64,000 bases of DNA, taken from the NCBI GenBank assembly GCA_051013385.1, contig CP143273.1:448001-512000 (forward strand), in the 5' to 3' direction. A program made the translations under genes and the position numbers. This document shows positions 1 to 9,819 of the stretch, piece by piece. Position 1 is the stretch's first letter. Every line of letters begins with the position of its first letter. The notes below the pieces were generated by a model that did not search any database, was not told the origin of the DNA, and saw only the letters and a list, made by a program, of their open reading frames with translations. The stretch is from Phormidium sp. (lineage in GTDB: Bacteria > Cyanobacteriota > Cyanobacteriia > Cyanobacteriales > Aerosakkonemataceae).

Positions 1-1029
1 CCAAAGATCGGGGTCTTCTAATAAGCGCATAATGTATTCAGCCAGAGTTTTCCAGTCCCGTTCCGGTGCTAAGAAACCAGTTTCTTCATGAACTACAGCT
101 TGAGGAATCCCTGCATGAATCGAACCGACAACGGGTAATCCCATTGATTGAGCTTCAACTACGACAGTGGGTAATCCTTCCGAGTCGCCTGTGGAAGCGG
201 TGACGCTGGGTACGGCAAGCATGAGCGATCGATTCATCCAACTCTTCACCACTTCAGAAGGTTGTAGTCCTAGAAATTTGTAGCAGCGGAGTGACTTTGC
301 TGCCAATGCTTCCAAGCTTTCTCTCAACGGCCCATCACCTATAATAACAAGTTCGACATCGTTCATCTTTTCCTGTACCTGAGCCATAGCTTGAATCAGA
401 TACTCACAGCCTTTCTTTTCCGCTAACCGCCCCACAAACAGCACCACTCGTTCGCGAGATATTGATGGATCGGGTGTAAACTTTTCCGTATTCACACCAT
501 AGTAATGAGCGATAATTTTGTCAGCCGGAAAGCCTTGTTCGATCAACTTTCCTTTAATAAACTCCGATACAGCAATAAATAGATTTGCCTCACGCTTGAG
601 TGCTTCTCGACGCTGTAAATAAACTCTAGTACTGATTGATTCCTTTCTTGCATAGTCATCTTTCATGGTGGCATCTAAACCATAAAAGGTGACTATCATC
701 GGCAATTTCGATCGCCTCATGAAAGGCAAAGCTAAAGCCCCACAAACTCCAAAATGTGCGTGAATCAAAGCAGGTTGTAACTCCTCGACTTGCCGATCCA
801 ACCTGGGTGCAAATCCCGAAACCTTAAATACAAATTCTTCGAGATTACCTAAGACTCCACCCTGATTAACAGTCAAGGTACGCTCTGAAGGCAGAGTTAA
901 TCCTTCGATTAAACGAGTACCTACATAATAAGGAGTAAATTGCTCTAATCCTTCGCTTTGAGCTTTAATAAATGTTTCTGAAGGAGGAAGAAGCTTACCA
1001 CAAAAGAAAACTACTTTAGGATTAGACAT
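1..1029 (-). CDS. Glycosyltransferase family 4 (WcaL-like), 3' end runs off the window
   Basis: Not in the ORF track. ATG at 1029 reads MSNPKVVFFCGKLLPPSETFI...; contains HAHFG, FVGRLAEKKG and SEGLPTVVVEAQSMGLPVV (GT4 EX7E motif); open to base 1. Confidence 0.85.
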   Translation of the reverse strand, partial: MSNPKVVFFCGKLLPPSETFIKAQSEGLEQFTPYYVGTRLIEGLTLPSERTLTVNQGGVLGNLEEFVFKVSGFAPRLDRQVEELQPALIHAHFGVCGALALPFMRRSKLPMIVTFYGLDATMKDDYARKESISTRVYLQRREALKREANLFIAVSEFIKGKLIEQGFPADKIIAHYYGVNTEKFTPDPSISRERVVLFVGRLAEKKGCEYLIQAMAQVQEKMNDVELVIIGDGPLRESLEALAAKSLRCYKFLGLQPSEVVKSWMNRSLMLAVPSVTASTGDSEGLPTVVVEAQSMGLPVVGSIHAGIPQAVVHEETGFLAPERDWKTLAEYIMRLLEDPDLW

Positions 1030-1060
1030 GGTTTACTTTCTGAATTGATAGCCGAAAAAA

Positions 1061-2287
1061 TCAACAACTAACCATTTCTTCGTAGAGTTTAGCTAGGGAT
1101 TCTCCTTTCGCTTCCCAGGAAAACTCTTCCCTAACCAACTTTTGTCCTGCTTGTCCCATTTTTACTCGCAGTTCCGAATCTTGAGCCAATCGATTCATTG
1201 CTTCAGCGAGGTCATGCACCGATCGATCGGGGTTAGTTGCCGGAACTTTAAACCCTGTTTCTGTTGTTACCTGGACAGATGGCCCGCCTAAATCCAAACA
1301 AACCACTGGGCGACCTGCCGCCATTGCCTCTAAACATACCCATCCGCCAGAGTCATGTAAACTGGGATGAAGCAAAACATGGCACTGACCAAGTTTTTCT
1401 AAGGTTTCATCCCGTACCAGCCTCCCCCAAAATTTCACTTGTTTAGCAATGCCTAGTTGTTCAGCAAGACTTTCCAGGGATTTTCGCTCTGGCCCTTCGC
1501 CTAAAATCCAATATTCGGCATTAGGCAACTTAGTTTGAGCAAAAGCACGTAGTCCTAAATGAAGCCCTTTCCAATGCAGAAGTCGCGCCATACTGATAAA
1601 CCTGATTGTAGAATTATCAGGCATGGGGCATTGAGAAAGACGAGAAATTTCTTCTTGAGATAAGCCGGATTCAGAGTATACTTGGATATTTTTTGCGCCC
1701 ATTAGACGTAGGCGAAGGGCTGTATCTTCAGTAGTGGCTCGCACTAAGGCGCTTTTTTCTGCTGTCAGGCGTGCGAACGGATCGCGTTCCCCAAGGCGAT
1801 GAGCTAAACTCCTAACTATTTCGTAAAATCTCCCCCGCAAACTGAAATCTTGCCAAAAAGCTGACGGTGCCTGTTCTCCACCCCCCACAGGCCCCCAGAT
1901 AAAGGGAGTGGGTAAAAATGAGAGAAAGCTGGGAGAGGAGTATCTCACATAAGTTATGTGATGCACAAGGTCAAAGCCTACTTCACTGTATAGTTGGCGG
2001 GCTCTGAAGTAGGCGGAAATTTGCCATAGATAGTAATGGAGATGTACGCCTTGCAAACCCTGTTTCCACAATCCTGACAAAGGTAAGTCACAGTATACAA
2101 ATTGAAGTCCAGGGATTGGGTTTTTTGCTAGTTCAGCTTCAATAGTTGCGCGATTGTCTTCTCTGGTTAGTACCCACACCTTATGATGTTTAACCAAGGA
2201 GCGAACTGTATTCCAGCCAACTCCGGGTTCGGAACCCATACCGGGTCTACAAGCATAAGCGGAAATTAAGATCTTCAAGGACTTCAT
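1061..2287 (-). CDS. Glycosyltransferase family 4
   Basis: 408 aa; N-terminal ISAYACRPGMGSEPGVGW; C-terminal HPSLHDSGGWVCLEAMAAGRPVV GT4 motif. Confidence 0.9.
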   Translation of the reverse strand: MKSLKILISAYACRPGMGSEPGVGWNTVRSLVKHHKVWVLTREDNRATIEAELAKNPIPGLQFVYCDLPLSGLWKQGLQGVHLHYYLWQISAYFRARQLYSEVGFDLVHHITYVRYSSPSFLSFLPTPFIWGPVGGGEQAPSAFWQDFSLRGRFYEIVRSLAHRLGERDPFARLTAEKSALVRATTEDTALRLRLMGAKNIQVYSESGLSQEEISRLSQCPMPDNSTIRFISMARLLHWKGLHLGLRAFAQTKLPNAEYWILGEGPERKSLESLAEQLGIAKQVKFWGRLVRDETLEKLGQCHVLLHPSLHDSGGWVCLEAMAAGRPVVCLDLGGPSVQVTTETGFKVPATNPDRSVHDLAEAMNRLAQDSELRVKMGQAGQKLVREEFSWEAKGESLAKLYEEMVSC

Positions 2288-2340
2288 TGGTTAACCTTAC
2301 AAAAATACTTTATGAGTCTAAAGTTATCAACTTTACTTTG

Positions 2341-3480
2341 CTAATCCTCCAAGACTGATGATGTAACTTTGGCAAGGAATTCTGCTGCTGCTTTTGGGGT
2401 ATATTGAGTCATCAATTGTTGTGATTTTTGACCCATTGAATTAATTAGGTCTGGGTCACTAATAAAACGACTCATCATTTCAGCCAGCTTTTCAGGATCG
2501 TAGGGATCAAAAATGTAACCATTCTCTCCCTCAACAACTATCTCATGTGCTCCTGCCCATTTGGAACATAAAATTGCTTTTCCGAGAACCATAGCTTCGG
2601 ATATTACCACACCCCAAGTATCTTCTAGTGTGGGGAGAACGAAAATATTGGCAGCACTAAAAAAAGTACCCAGTTTGCCATATTCAATTCTTCCTAACCA
2701 TTTCACTCGCTCTGTCAAGTTAGCGGTTTGACAGAAACCTTCTAATTCTTGCCGTTGTGTTCCATCACCTATTATTAGTAATGTATAGTCCTGAATTTTC
2801 TGCTTTTCTAGGATGGCACAGGCTTCCAAGAGAAAGTTCAGTCCTTTACGGGGTTCTATACTGCCAACAAAGAGGAAAATTGGTCGCTGTAATTGGGAGA
2901 AGTCGAATTCGCTGTTTTCTGAGTAACCTAGTAAGGCTTTGGGATCGGGTACTTCGTAAGGTTGGGCAAAAACGCGATCGGCTTTTGCTTTGAGTATTTC
3001 TATTAGATAGGATTTCCCCGCTTGGCTATTTGTAATACAAGCATCTGCTGCCTTAATCATTGCTCGTCGCACAGCTAAACGAGGTGGTGAATTGCGCCAA
3101 TCTACATCAGGTGAACTACCTTCGTAAGCAATAACAACCCGCCATTTTCCCAACGGCTTAAATAACAGCGCCAAGATAGTCCATACACCGAATGAATTTG
3201 AGAAAATGAGGTCAGGCTTAAACCGGAGCAGTCGATTGATAATATTCAAAGGTAAATAAGTGAAATATAGCCCATAACCCTCTGATGCGTCAGTGATTTG
3301 GAAACCTTTTTGACCGCTGACTACTTCAACATTAAAGGAATCTTCAAGCCCTGGAGCATAGCCTTTCCACACACTCACAAATATAGTTGTTTGGGGAAAT
3401 AAGCGTGCAAACTCACTGAAAGTTGGATGCCAATAGTAAAACCCTGAATTTAGCAGCCAAGCAATACGGAAGTTGTTCAT
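2341..3480 (-). CDS. Glycosyltransferase family 4
   Basis: 379 aa; FVGSIEPRKG and PTLEDTWGVVISEAMVLGK motifs. Confidence 0.9.
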   Translation of the reverse strand: MNNFRIAWLLNSGFYYWHPTFSEFARLFPQTTIFVSVWKGYAPGLEDSFNVEVVSGQKGFQITDASEGYGLYFTYLPLNIINRLLRFKPDLIFSNSFGVWTILALLFKPLGKWRVVIAYEGSSPDVDWRNSPPRLAVRRAMIKAADACITNSQAGKSYLIEILKAKADRVFAQPYEVPDPKALLGYSENSEFDFSQLQRPIFLFVGSIEPRKGLNFLLEACAILEKQKIQDYTLLIIGDGTQRQELEGFCQTANLTERVKWLGRIEYGKLGTFFSAANIFVLPTLEDTWGVVISEAMVLGKAILCSKWAGAHEIVVEGENGYIFDPYDPEKLAEMMSRFISDPDLINSMGQKSQQLMTQYTPKAAAEFLAKVTSSVLED

Positions 3481-3611
3481 AATTAATTATTGATTCCTTG
3501 CAGTTAAGAAGAGTTACGAGGAGAATTAAATACCTCTGAAAATTCTTGGTAAAGCAACTCTATAAAGGGAAGCTTTAACTTAGAGCAACAGAAGAACTTT
3601 CCTGCGTTGTT

Positions 3612-4532
3612 TTAGGATACGTAGCTATCTCTTCGCATATCATAATCAGGCCCTCTGCGTTTTAGATAATTTACAAAGGCTTTTACGTAATACATGGCAT
3701 TAGATGTGTAAGTTTCTAATTCACTGCCAAAAATTACTACATTTGGATTAACTGTTTTTCTGACTGGGGGAACTTGCTTGGCATATAAGGGTTTCATGTC
3801 ACTGGGATAATAGTGTGCCGTTAATGATTTCCGACTGAAATGTGGGTCAGCGTTATTGTAGGCTCCATGAATAGTGTATGGGTGCCAAAAAAGTACATCT
3901 CCTTTCTTCAAGGGAAAACTTCTATATTCGTATTTCCCTTCATCAATTAAGGCTTTTGTTTGTTTCACAAAGGTGTCGTGGTCTGAGAAATTTGTGGCGT
4001 TATTCCGTTCCAGGACTCTGCCTTTGTGACTACCAGGAAGGACGAAAAAGCAACCTGCATCTTTATGAATGTCTTCTAAGGCGTACCATGCAGCGATCAT
4101 GTTGCCCGCTGGATCGGAGTCCAAATAATAGTGATCTTGATGTTCAACTGTTCCCGTTGATTTGTCAAAAAACATATTTTGCATCATCACATGACTAGAT
4201 CTTCCTGATAGTGTACTCAGAACTTCTGTGACGCTTTCAGCTACTAGGCATTCTTCAATGCTGCGGGAAAAACTAGGCCAAAGTTTTAAACTGGCAGGAT
4301 TTAACATTGAATTTTCGATGAACCCTTCTGGAGTTAATTTGGGTTGAATGGGAAGGTGTGTATCTTGACTAAAAAATACAAAAAGTTTGGAATGTTTTAT
4401 TTGCTCGTAAACCTTGAGAAAGTTTTGAATGTTTGAATGACTGAGCAAATTTTCAATTACTACATAACCGGACAAATTGAAGTATTCTTTTATCGCAGCT
4501 TTTTCAGTTACAGCAAACTTCTTTAGTTCCAT
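3612..4532 (-). CDS. Phytanoyl-CoA dioxygenase (PhyH) family 2OG-Fe(II) oxygenase
   Basis: HQD motif, WYALED, VLPGSH and distal H in KGDVLFWHPYTIHG. Confidence 0.85.
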   Translation of the reverse strand: MELKKFAVTEKAAIKEYFNLSGYVVIENLLSHSNIQNFLKVYEQIKHSKLFVFFSQDTHLPIQPKLTPEGFIENSMLNPASLKLWPSFSRSIEECLVAESVTEVLSTLSGRSSHVMMQNMFFDKSTGTVEHQDHYYLDSDPAGNMIAAWYALEDIHKDAGCFFVLPGSHKGRVLERNNATNFSDHDTFVKQTKALIDEGKYEYRSFPLKKGDVLFWHPYTIHGAYNNADPHFSRKSLTAHYYPSDMKPLYAKQVPPVRKTVNPNVVIFGSELETYTSNAMYYVKAFVNYLKRRGPDYDMRRDSYVS

Positions 4533-5076
4533 GACTTAACTCCAACAATGATTTCGTTTCAGGAAATTTTCGTAGTTCTTGATACCATTCTTTTTTTGAG
4601 ATAGCATTTTTTAAAAGCTATTGCATGAGAAAAGTATGCCTGTTTTTCACCAAGTTAGTATGGGAGGAAGATTCTATTTCTCAATCCACCTCTTAGGATC
4701 TCTCTTGGCAATTACTTGTCCATACTTTTCTCCAGAATAATGATATCTAAAAAAATGCCATATACAATAGTATCATACAGGAAACTACAGAGATGCTGTA
4801 GATACGAGTAGATAATTTACCTGATCTTTACAAAACCAGATTCATTTATCAATTTCTTTAAAAGCTGTTAATGTATGAGGTGTAAGATTACTGAGTTTTT
4901 GTTACTTTTATTGTCTTAATGGAAACAGGCAAGATGTCTAATGTAGGTTGTTTCCTTGATGGGAAAGGCTACCAGATCGGCGGGTCAAAAAAGGGAAGGG
5001 GGGATAACGAATGGTAAGAAGTTTTCCGATCGACAAAAAAATAGGGTGGTGTTTCTCCACCCCCTGCTGAAAAAAA

Positions 5077-5499
5077 CTAGCAATAAGGCCCGATCAATTC
5101 CTGTTCTGCTTCTAACATTTTGACGAGGTGGCGATCGCCACTTTTTCTTGCTACTTCTAATCTATGTTCCAAACGACGGCAAATATTCCGGTAGTGAGTT
5201 TCTTCCATTTGCTCCGCTGGCGGTTGAGTAGAATTCGATCTAACTTTCGGCAGAATTTTATCTGCTGCTGGTGCTGCATAGCAAGCTTCTGCTGTAGCGC
5301 GAGGATTTGCACAGTAGTTAACGCCTCTATATTTTAAGTGAGGAGTCGCGTGCGGCACCGGAATATGTCTGGGATAGCGATAATTCCAAGTTTCACCCCG
5401 GTACATACCACCAATTTCACCTTCAGTCATTTCGAGGCTTGGTAAATCTTTTTCATATTTAACACCACGATAGCTGAATTCCATAAATTGGGCCTCCAT
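5077..5499 (-). CDS. DUF4278 domain protein
   Basis: Three YRG repeats (FSYRGVKY, GMYRGETW, LKYRGVNY) and C-terminal LEHRLEVARKSGDRHLVKMLEAE. Confidence 0.8.
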   Translation of the reverse strand: MEAQFMEFSYRGVKYEKDLPSLEMTEGEIGGMYRGETWNYRYPRHIPVPHATPHLKYRGVNYCANPRATAEACYAAPAADKILPKVRSNSTQPPAEQMEETHYRNICRRLEHRLEVARKSGDRHLVKMLEAEQELIGPYC

Positions 5500-5523
5500 T
5501 TAAATAGTTATGTCAATCGGGGT

Positions 5524-5563
5524 TATATAAGCAAGCGATCCTTCGGGATCGCTTGCTTATATA
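5524..5563. repeat. Perfect 18-bp hairpin with TTCG loop
   Basis: TATATAAGCAAGCGATCC-TTCG-GGATCGCTTGCTTATATA, about 25 nt upstream of the DUF4278 start. Confidence 0.9.
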
Positions 5564-5632
5564 CCATAACGCTTTCTTCAGCGTTTTTGTTGTGATCTTC
5601 ACCACAAAAAAGAAGTTTTTTTGTGAATTTCT

Positions 5633-5646
5633 GTATCATAAGTTAC
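5633..5646. promoter_or_regulatory. Putative NtcA binding site
   Basis: GTA-TCATAAGT-TAC matches GTA-N8-TAC, about 134 nt upstream of the DUF4278 gene. Confidence 0.6.
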
Positions 5647-5806
5647 TATTTTTTAGTTTTTCAGCCCAAAGTTAGATTTCCCTGACATAGTTTATGTATA
5701 GTTAGATAACTCTTGTTGAATGGGGATTTGGATGACGAACTCAGTTCCCTTACCGGGAGTGGAAAAACACTCTATTGTGCCACAGCAGGGGAGATCCAGG
5801 GGATCG

Positions 5807-5931
5807 CAATACTGCTCGGGTTTTGAGTAGGGGCGAAGCATTCGGGTCAAAAATTATGGCCTAAAACCTAGATTTTCTGCCCGAATGCTTCGCCCCTACA
5901 AAGGCAAAAAATACTTAACCGAGCAGTATTG
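5807..5931. mobile_element. MITE with IS4-like ends and 10-bp target-site duplication
   Basis: Terminal IRs CAATACTGCTCGG/CCGAGCAGTATTG, internal palindrome TAGGGGCGAAGCATTCGGG...CCCGAATGCTTCGCCCCTA, direct repeat CAGGGGATCG at 5797-5806 and 5932-5941. Confidence 0.85.
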
Positions 5932-5998
5932 CAGGGGATCGAGGAGACACTTGAAGAATTTATCCTGTTCCCTGTTCCCTGTTGCCCGTTCCCTTTTA

Positions 5999-7096
5999 CT
6001 AAGCTGGATGGAAATAAAAAGCTGCACCCAAAACTGTGTAAGTTGCCAAAAGTAACGCACCTTCCAACCAGTTAGAACGTCCATCTAAACTAATTAAATT
6101 GGCAACTGTCACTGCCACTGCCACTGCTACAACTTCAAAAGGATTAAAGTTGAGATCCATTGGTTGATGAATTACTAATCCTACTAAAACTAAAATTGGC
6201 GCTACTAACAATGCGACTAATAAACTAGAACCCATTGCCACTGAAACTGAGAGATCCATATTATTTTTGATTGCCACACCAACTGCGGTAACATATTCGG
6301 CGGCACCACCAACTAAAGGTAAGAGAATCACCCCTGTAAACAAAGGAGTTAAACCTAAACCTGCGGTTGCTTCTTCCACTGCGCCGACAAAAATTTCCGA
6401 TTCAAAAGCTACTCCAATTGTTGCTATTACTAACACGCCTAACCATAACCACAAATTTGGTTTGTGGGTAGTTTCTTCAGCTTCCGAACCTTTATTAGTT
6501 TCGGAGTCTAATTCTACTAGTCCGACATCATAAAGGTAGCTGTGAGTTTTGAGAGAAAACACCAAAGTTAAAGCATAAACTAATATTAATACTGCGGCGG
6601 CTGTAACGGAAAGGTTGAGAATTGCAGATTCTTTCACGCCGTTGGATGTGTAAATTACCATTGTTGGTAGAAGAATTGCAATTACGGCTAAAGTCATTGT
6701 CGAACCATTTACTCTGGCGATTACTGGTTTAAATTCTTGTTCTTTGTAACGAAATCCTCCTAATAACATGGAAAGTCCCATTACTAGGAGTAAGTTACTC
6801 ACAATTGTTCCGGTAATGCTGGCTTTAACAATATCAACTAAACCGGATTTTAAGGCAACTATGGCAATAATTAATTCTGTGGCATTGCCAAATACGGCAT
6901 TTAACAAAGCACCAATAGAAGGGCCAGAAATAACAGCAATTTCTTCTGTTGCGGTGCTTAACCAAATTGCCAAGGGTACAATGCCTAAAGCGGAAGTGAT
7001 GAAAATTACTAAAGAATTCCATTCTAGATATTTAGCCGCTAGGGAAATTGGGATGAAAATTAACAAAGCGTAGGAAATAATTTTTCTGAGTGACAT
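5999..7096 (-). CDS. cax: Calcium/proton exchanger (CAX family)
   Basis: Multi-pass membrane protein with GNATE and GGAAE alpha-repeat motifs; ATG at 7096 preferred over TTG 7123. Confidence 0.9.
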   Translation of the reverse strand: MSLRKIISYALLIFIPISLAAKYLEWNSLVIFITSALGIVPLAIWLSTATEEIAVISGPSIGALLNAVFGNATELIIAIVALKSGLVDIVKASITGTIVSNLLLVMGLSMLLGGFRYKEQEFKPVIARVNGSTMTLAVIAILLPTMVIYTSNGVKESAILNLSVTAAAVLILVYALTLVFSLKTHSYLYDVGLVELDSETNKGSEAEETTHKPNLWLWLGVLVIATIGVAFESEIFVGAVEEATAGLGLTPLFTGVILLPLVGGAAEYVTAVGVAIKNNMDLSVSVAMGSSLLVALLVAPILVLVGLVIHQPMDLNFNPFEVVAVAVAVTVANLISLDGRSNWLEGALLLATYTVLGAAFYFHPA

Positions 7097-7230
7097 GGTA
7101 ACTGCTGCGATCGCTAAAATCAATTTACTTCTGTCAGCATATCACCCCATATTAATTAAGTCAGCTAGATGTAATTATTTATATTGGTAAACCTCTTCAA
7201 ATAATCAGGATAACTTTTAATCAAAGCTGA

Positions 7231-8646
7231 TTATAAACTGTCTTGACTAAAATTTATTTGCTCAACTTTAGTATTTAATCGCACTTGAGAAAAAAGTCGA
7301 TAATTTTCCCCTGTAATTATTGATTCACTATTTCCCTGTTCATTTAACTTGACTAAATTGTATTCTACATCTTCTGTGTAAATAGTAAAGGCAATGTTGA
7401 AAATTTCCACGAAGTTAATTACCCACTGGCATTCCTGTTCTGGCAATTTTTTATAATGTCGAATTAAATCAGCGATGCAAGTATCTAAATGATTCCGAGA
7501 ATGGGGACAAATTAAGACAATTTTTAATAAGAGAATTATTAAGGTAATGGTTTTCTTTTGAGATAATAATAAAACAAATAATTCTGAGGGATATTCTTGA
7601 TATGTAATTGTTAAATCGTCAATTAAAGATTGACAAGTTTTGATTAAGAATAGGCGATTAATTTTTTCTGCTTCATATTCCGGGTGAAGGGATTTTAACT
7701 TTTCAGTTAACTTATTGCTAATAATGGTATTTACCGGAGTTTCGGCAAAGCAAAAAGTCAAATATTTATGTAAGCTTAATTTAAATTGTTTGTAGTTGAG
7801 ATTATGAGTTTGTCTGAGAAAAATCCTCGCTAATTCATTGTATTTTAATTCACCTTGTCTAGCAACCAAATTTTTAATTACATCTACTAGTTTTTCTCCT
7901 AAACCAGTGGGATTTGAAGAAGGATTTTCTTTGGCTACAGCGGAGATAGAACGAGCCGTGTACATAGCTAAATCTAGTTTAAATTTGTCTCTCAATTGTT
8001 TAGCTAATGTTTTAGCAGCTTGTCGTTGTTCTACTGGGTTATTGGATTCTATATATTGGGGAACTAGGAGATAGGAGGTATAGCGATCGCTCCAATGTTG
8101 CGCCTTATCTGAATCATACCGAAATGCAAAAACCTTTAAATCTTCAAAATCTTTGCTATTTACAAACTTATTCATCCAGTTAGTAATTCTGTAAAGTTTT
8201 AAAGGTACAGCATGATGACTGATTCTTTGAGGAAATATGTCTACTAAATGACGAATAGCTTGATGCTGTCTACTGGAATCCCAGTTATTGATTAAAATAT
8301 AACAGCAACGTTTCAAGGTATTTATAAACTCGGTTTCATTATTAGCTAGAACTATTCTATAAAGAGCTTGTAAAGGTTCTGAATTTAAATCATACACAGG
8401 CTCAATAAACATTTTTCTAAACTCTTGTAAAACCACTTCTGGAGAACTTATCCTCACTAATTTGAAAAGAAAATTATAGAGAGTTTGCTGATCTTCTTGA
8501 AGACTGCGGCGTGCTTGTCTATTTAACTCTGGAGATGAAATTAGCGTTACCGACTCATCTTTTACAGAATTGCCCCTAAATTGAGTGTTTTGATGCTTAA
8601 TTGTCGTCATCTTACTAATGCACCTTCTAAATATCTGGTAATTCAC
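7231..8646 (-). CDS. Hypothetical protein, probably conserved in cyanobacteria
   Basis: 471-aa ORF with motif-like segments TLKRCCYILINNW and RYTSYLLVPQY; function not recognised. Confidence 0.7.
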   Translation of the reverse strand: MNYQIFRRCISKMTTIKHQNTQFRGNSVKDESVTLISSPELNRQARRSLQEDQQTLYNFLFKLVRISSPEVVLQEFRKMFIEPVYDLNSEPLQALYRIVLANNETEFINTLKRCCYILINNWDSSRQHQAIRHLVDIFPQRISHHAVPLKLYRITNWMNKFVNSKDFEDLKVFAFRYDSDKAQHWSDRYTSYLLVPQYIESNNPVEQRQAAKTLAKQLRDKFKLDLAMYTARSISAVAKENPSSNPTGLGEKLVDVIKNLVARQGELKYNELARIFLRQTHNLNYKQFKLSLHKYLTFCFAETPVNTIISNKLTEKLKSLHPEYEAEKINRLFLIKTCQSLIDDLTITYQEYPSELFVLLLSQKKTITLIILLLKIVLICPHSRNHLDTCIADLIRHYKKLPEQECQWVINFVEIFNIAFTIYTEDVEYNLVKLNEQGNSESIITGENYRLFSQVRLNTKVEQINFSQDSL

Positions 8647-8955
8647 GAATATTCAGTCAATAAAGTTAGCATTTCAATCTCAGCCATATCCAATATATCT
8701 ACCATGCTCCTACCTATGCAAACTATCTGGAGTAGTGATTACTGTGATTTGTATGACTGCGGATTTGCCATATTATTCCCCACAATCTTAGCTTTATCTA
8801 ATCAGTCGTCAAGGGGAGATTGACAAAGGGGGGCAATAAGTCAAAAAATATACCTTGCTTTTCGGAGTAAATAACTAAATATTGTTGAGCATCAGAGCAA
8901 AAAAATGAGATTGTCTAAGGAAGATATTTTAATTCTTACTTAGACAATCTCGTTA

Positions 8956-9081
8956 TACTCAGATCTTGCACCAAGGCTAAAAACCGGGTTTCTTGCCAAT
9001 AACTAAACCTGAAAGCCTAGATTTTTCGTTTATAAACCCGGTTTTTCATGTCTTGTTGAGAGTGGTGCTCTTATCTCAGTA
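8956..9081. mobile_element. Small MITE-like element (CTCAGATCTTGCACCA ends, TA-flanked)
   Basis: TACTCAGATCTTGCACCA ... TGGTGCTCTTATCTCAGTA, containing AAACCGGGTTT/AAACCCGGTTT; related ends near 17571, 17602, 30779-30858 and 59762. Confidence 0.6.
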
Positions 9082-9097
9082 TAGTTAAATGCGATCG

Positions 9098-9790
9098 CTA
9101 ACTACCATATTTCACGCTGCAACCATAAGGTTGTGTGACAGAATTAGTCACTGGTTTACCGCTAATTAAGGAGTTTACAGCATCGCGAACATAATTTTCT
9201 GCTTTGGGAATATCTGCGGGATCGGGTGAAGGAATGCTATCAATTGCACCCATATATCCAACATTTCCATCTTTACCAACTACAAAGATGTGGGGTGTTG
9301 TACGGGCACCATATTGTTTGCCAATTTTACCTTCTGGATCGAGGATAACTGCGGTTGGTGCAGCATTGCGACTTTTAGTTAATTCATTTGCTTGACTATT
9401 ACTAACATAACCTTGCATTCCGGGCGCAGATGAAATAATAGAAATCCAAACTGCACCTTTGCCAGTTAGTTCTTTTTGCAATTTTTGCATATTACCAGAA
9501 CCGTAGTGTTTGCGGACAAAAGGACAGTCGTGATTAGTCCATTCTAAAACTACAACTTTACCTTTAAAATCAGTTAAACGATGAGTTTTGCCGTTAGTAT
9601 CTGCGGCAACGAAATTGGGTGCAGCATTATTAACACGGGCAGCTGCTACTCTGATTTCCGATGATGATTGGATAGCATTTTTGTTTTCGGTATTTGTCAA
9701 GTTACTTGCATTGGAAATAGCGCCGTTAGAAGCAGTTAAAAGCAGGAAAACTCCGGTGGTGATACCTAATAAACTTTTAGTAGCTTTCAT
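9098..9790 (-). CDS. Exported thioredoxin-fold redoxin (AhpC/TSA-like)
   Basis: Signal peptide, VLEWTNHDCPFV, ARTTPH and C-terminal PYGCSVKY; adjacent to dsbD. Confidence 0.85.
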   Translation of the reverse strand: MKATKSLLGITTGVFLLLTASNGAISNASNLTNTENKNAIQSSSEIRVAAARVNNAAPNFVAADTNGKTHRLTDFKGKVVVLEWTNHDCPFVRKHYGSGNMQKLQKELTGKGAVWISIISSAPGMQGYVSNSQANELTKSRNAAPTAVILDPEGKIGKQYGARTTPHIFVVGKDGNVGYMGAIDSIPSPDPADIPKAENYVRDAVNSLISGKPVTNSVTQPYGCSVKYGS

Positions 9791-9819
9791 TTTGGTTGAT
9801 TCTCCTTTGGGAAGTGATG

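Noticed and set aside
5500..5760. Glutamine riboswitch upstream of DUF4278
   Set aside because: I could not find the glnA-motif core here or upstream of 62207; an Rfam/Infernal scan would settle it
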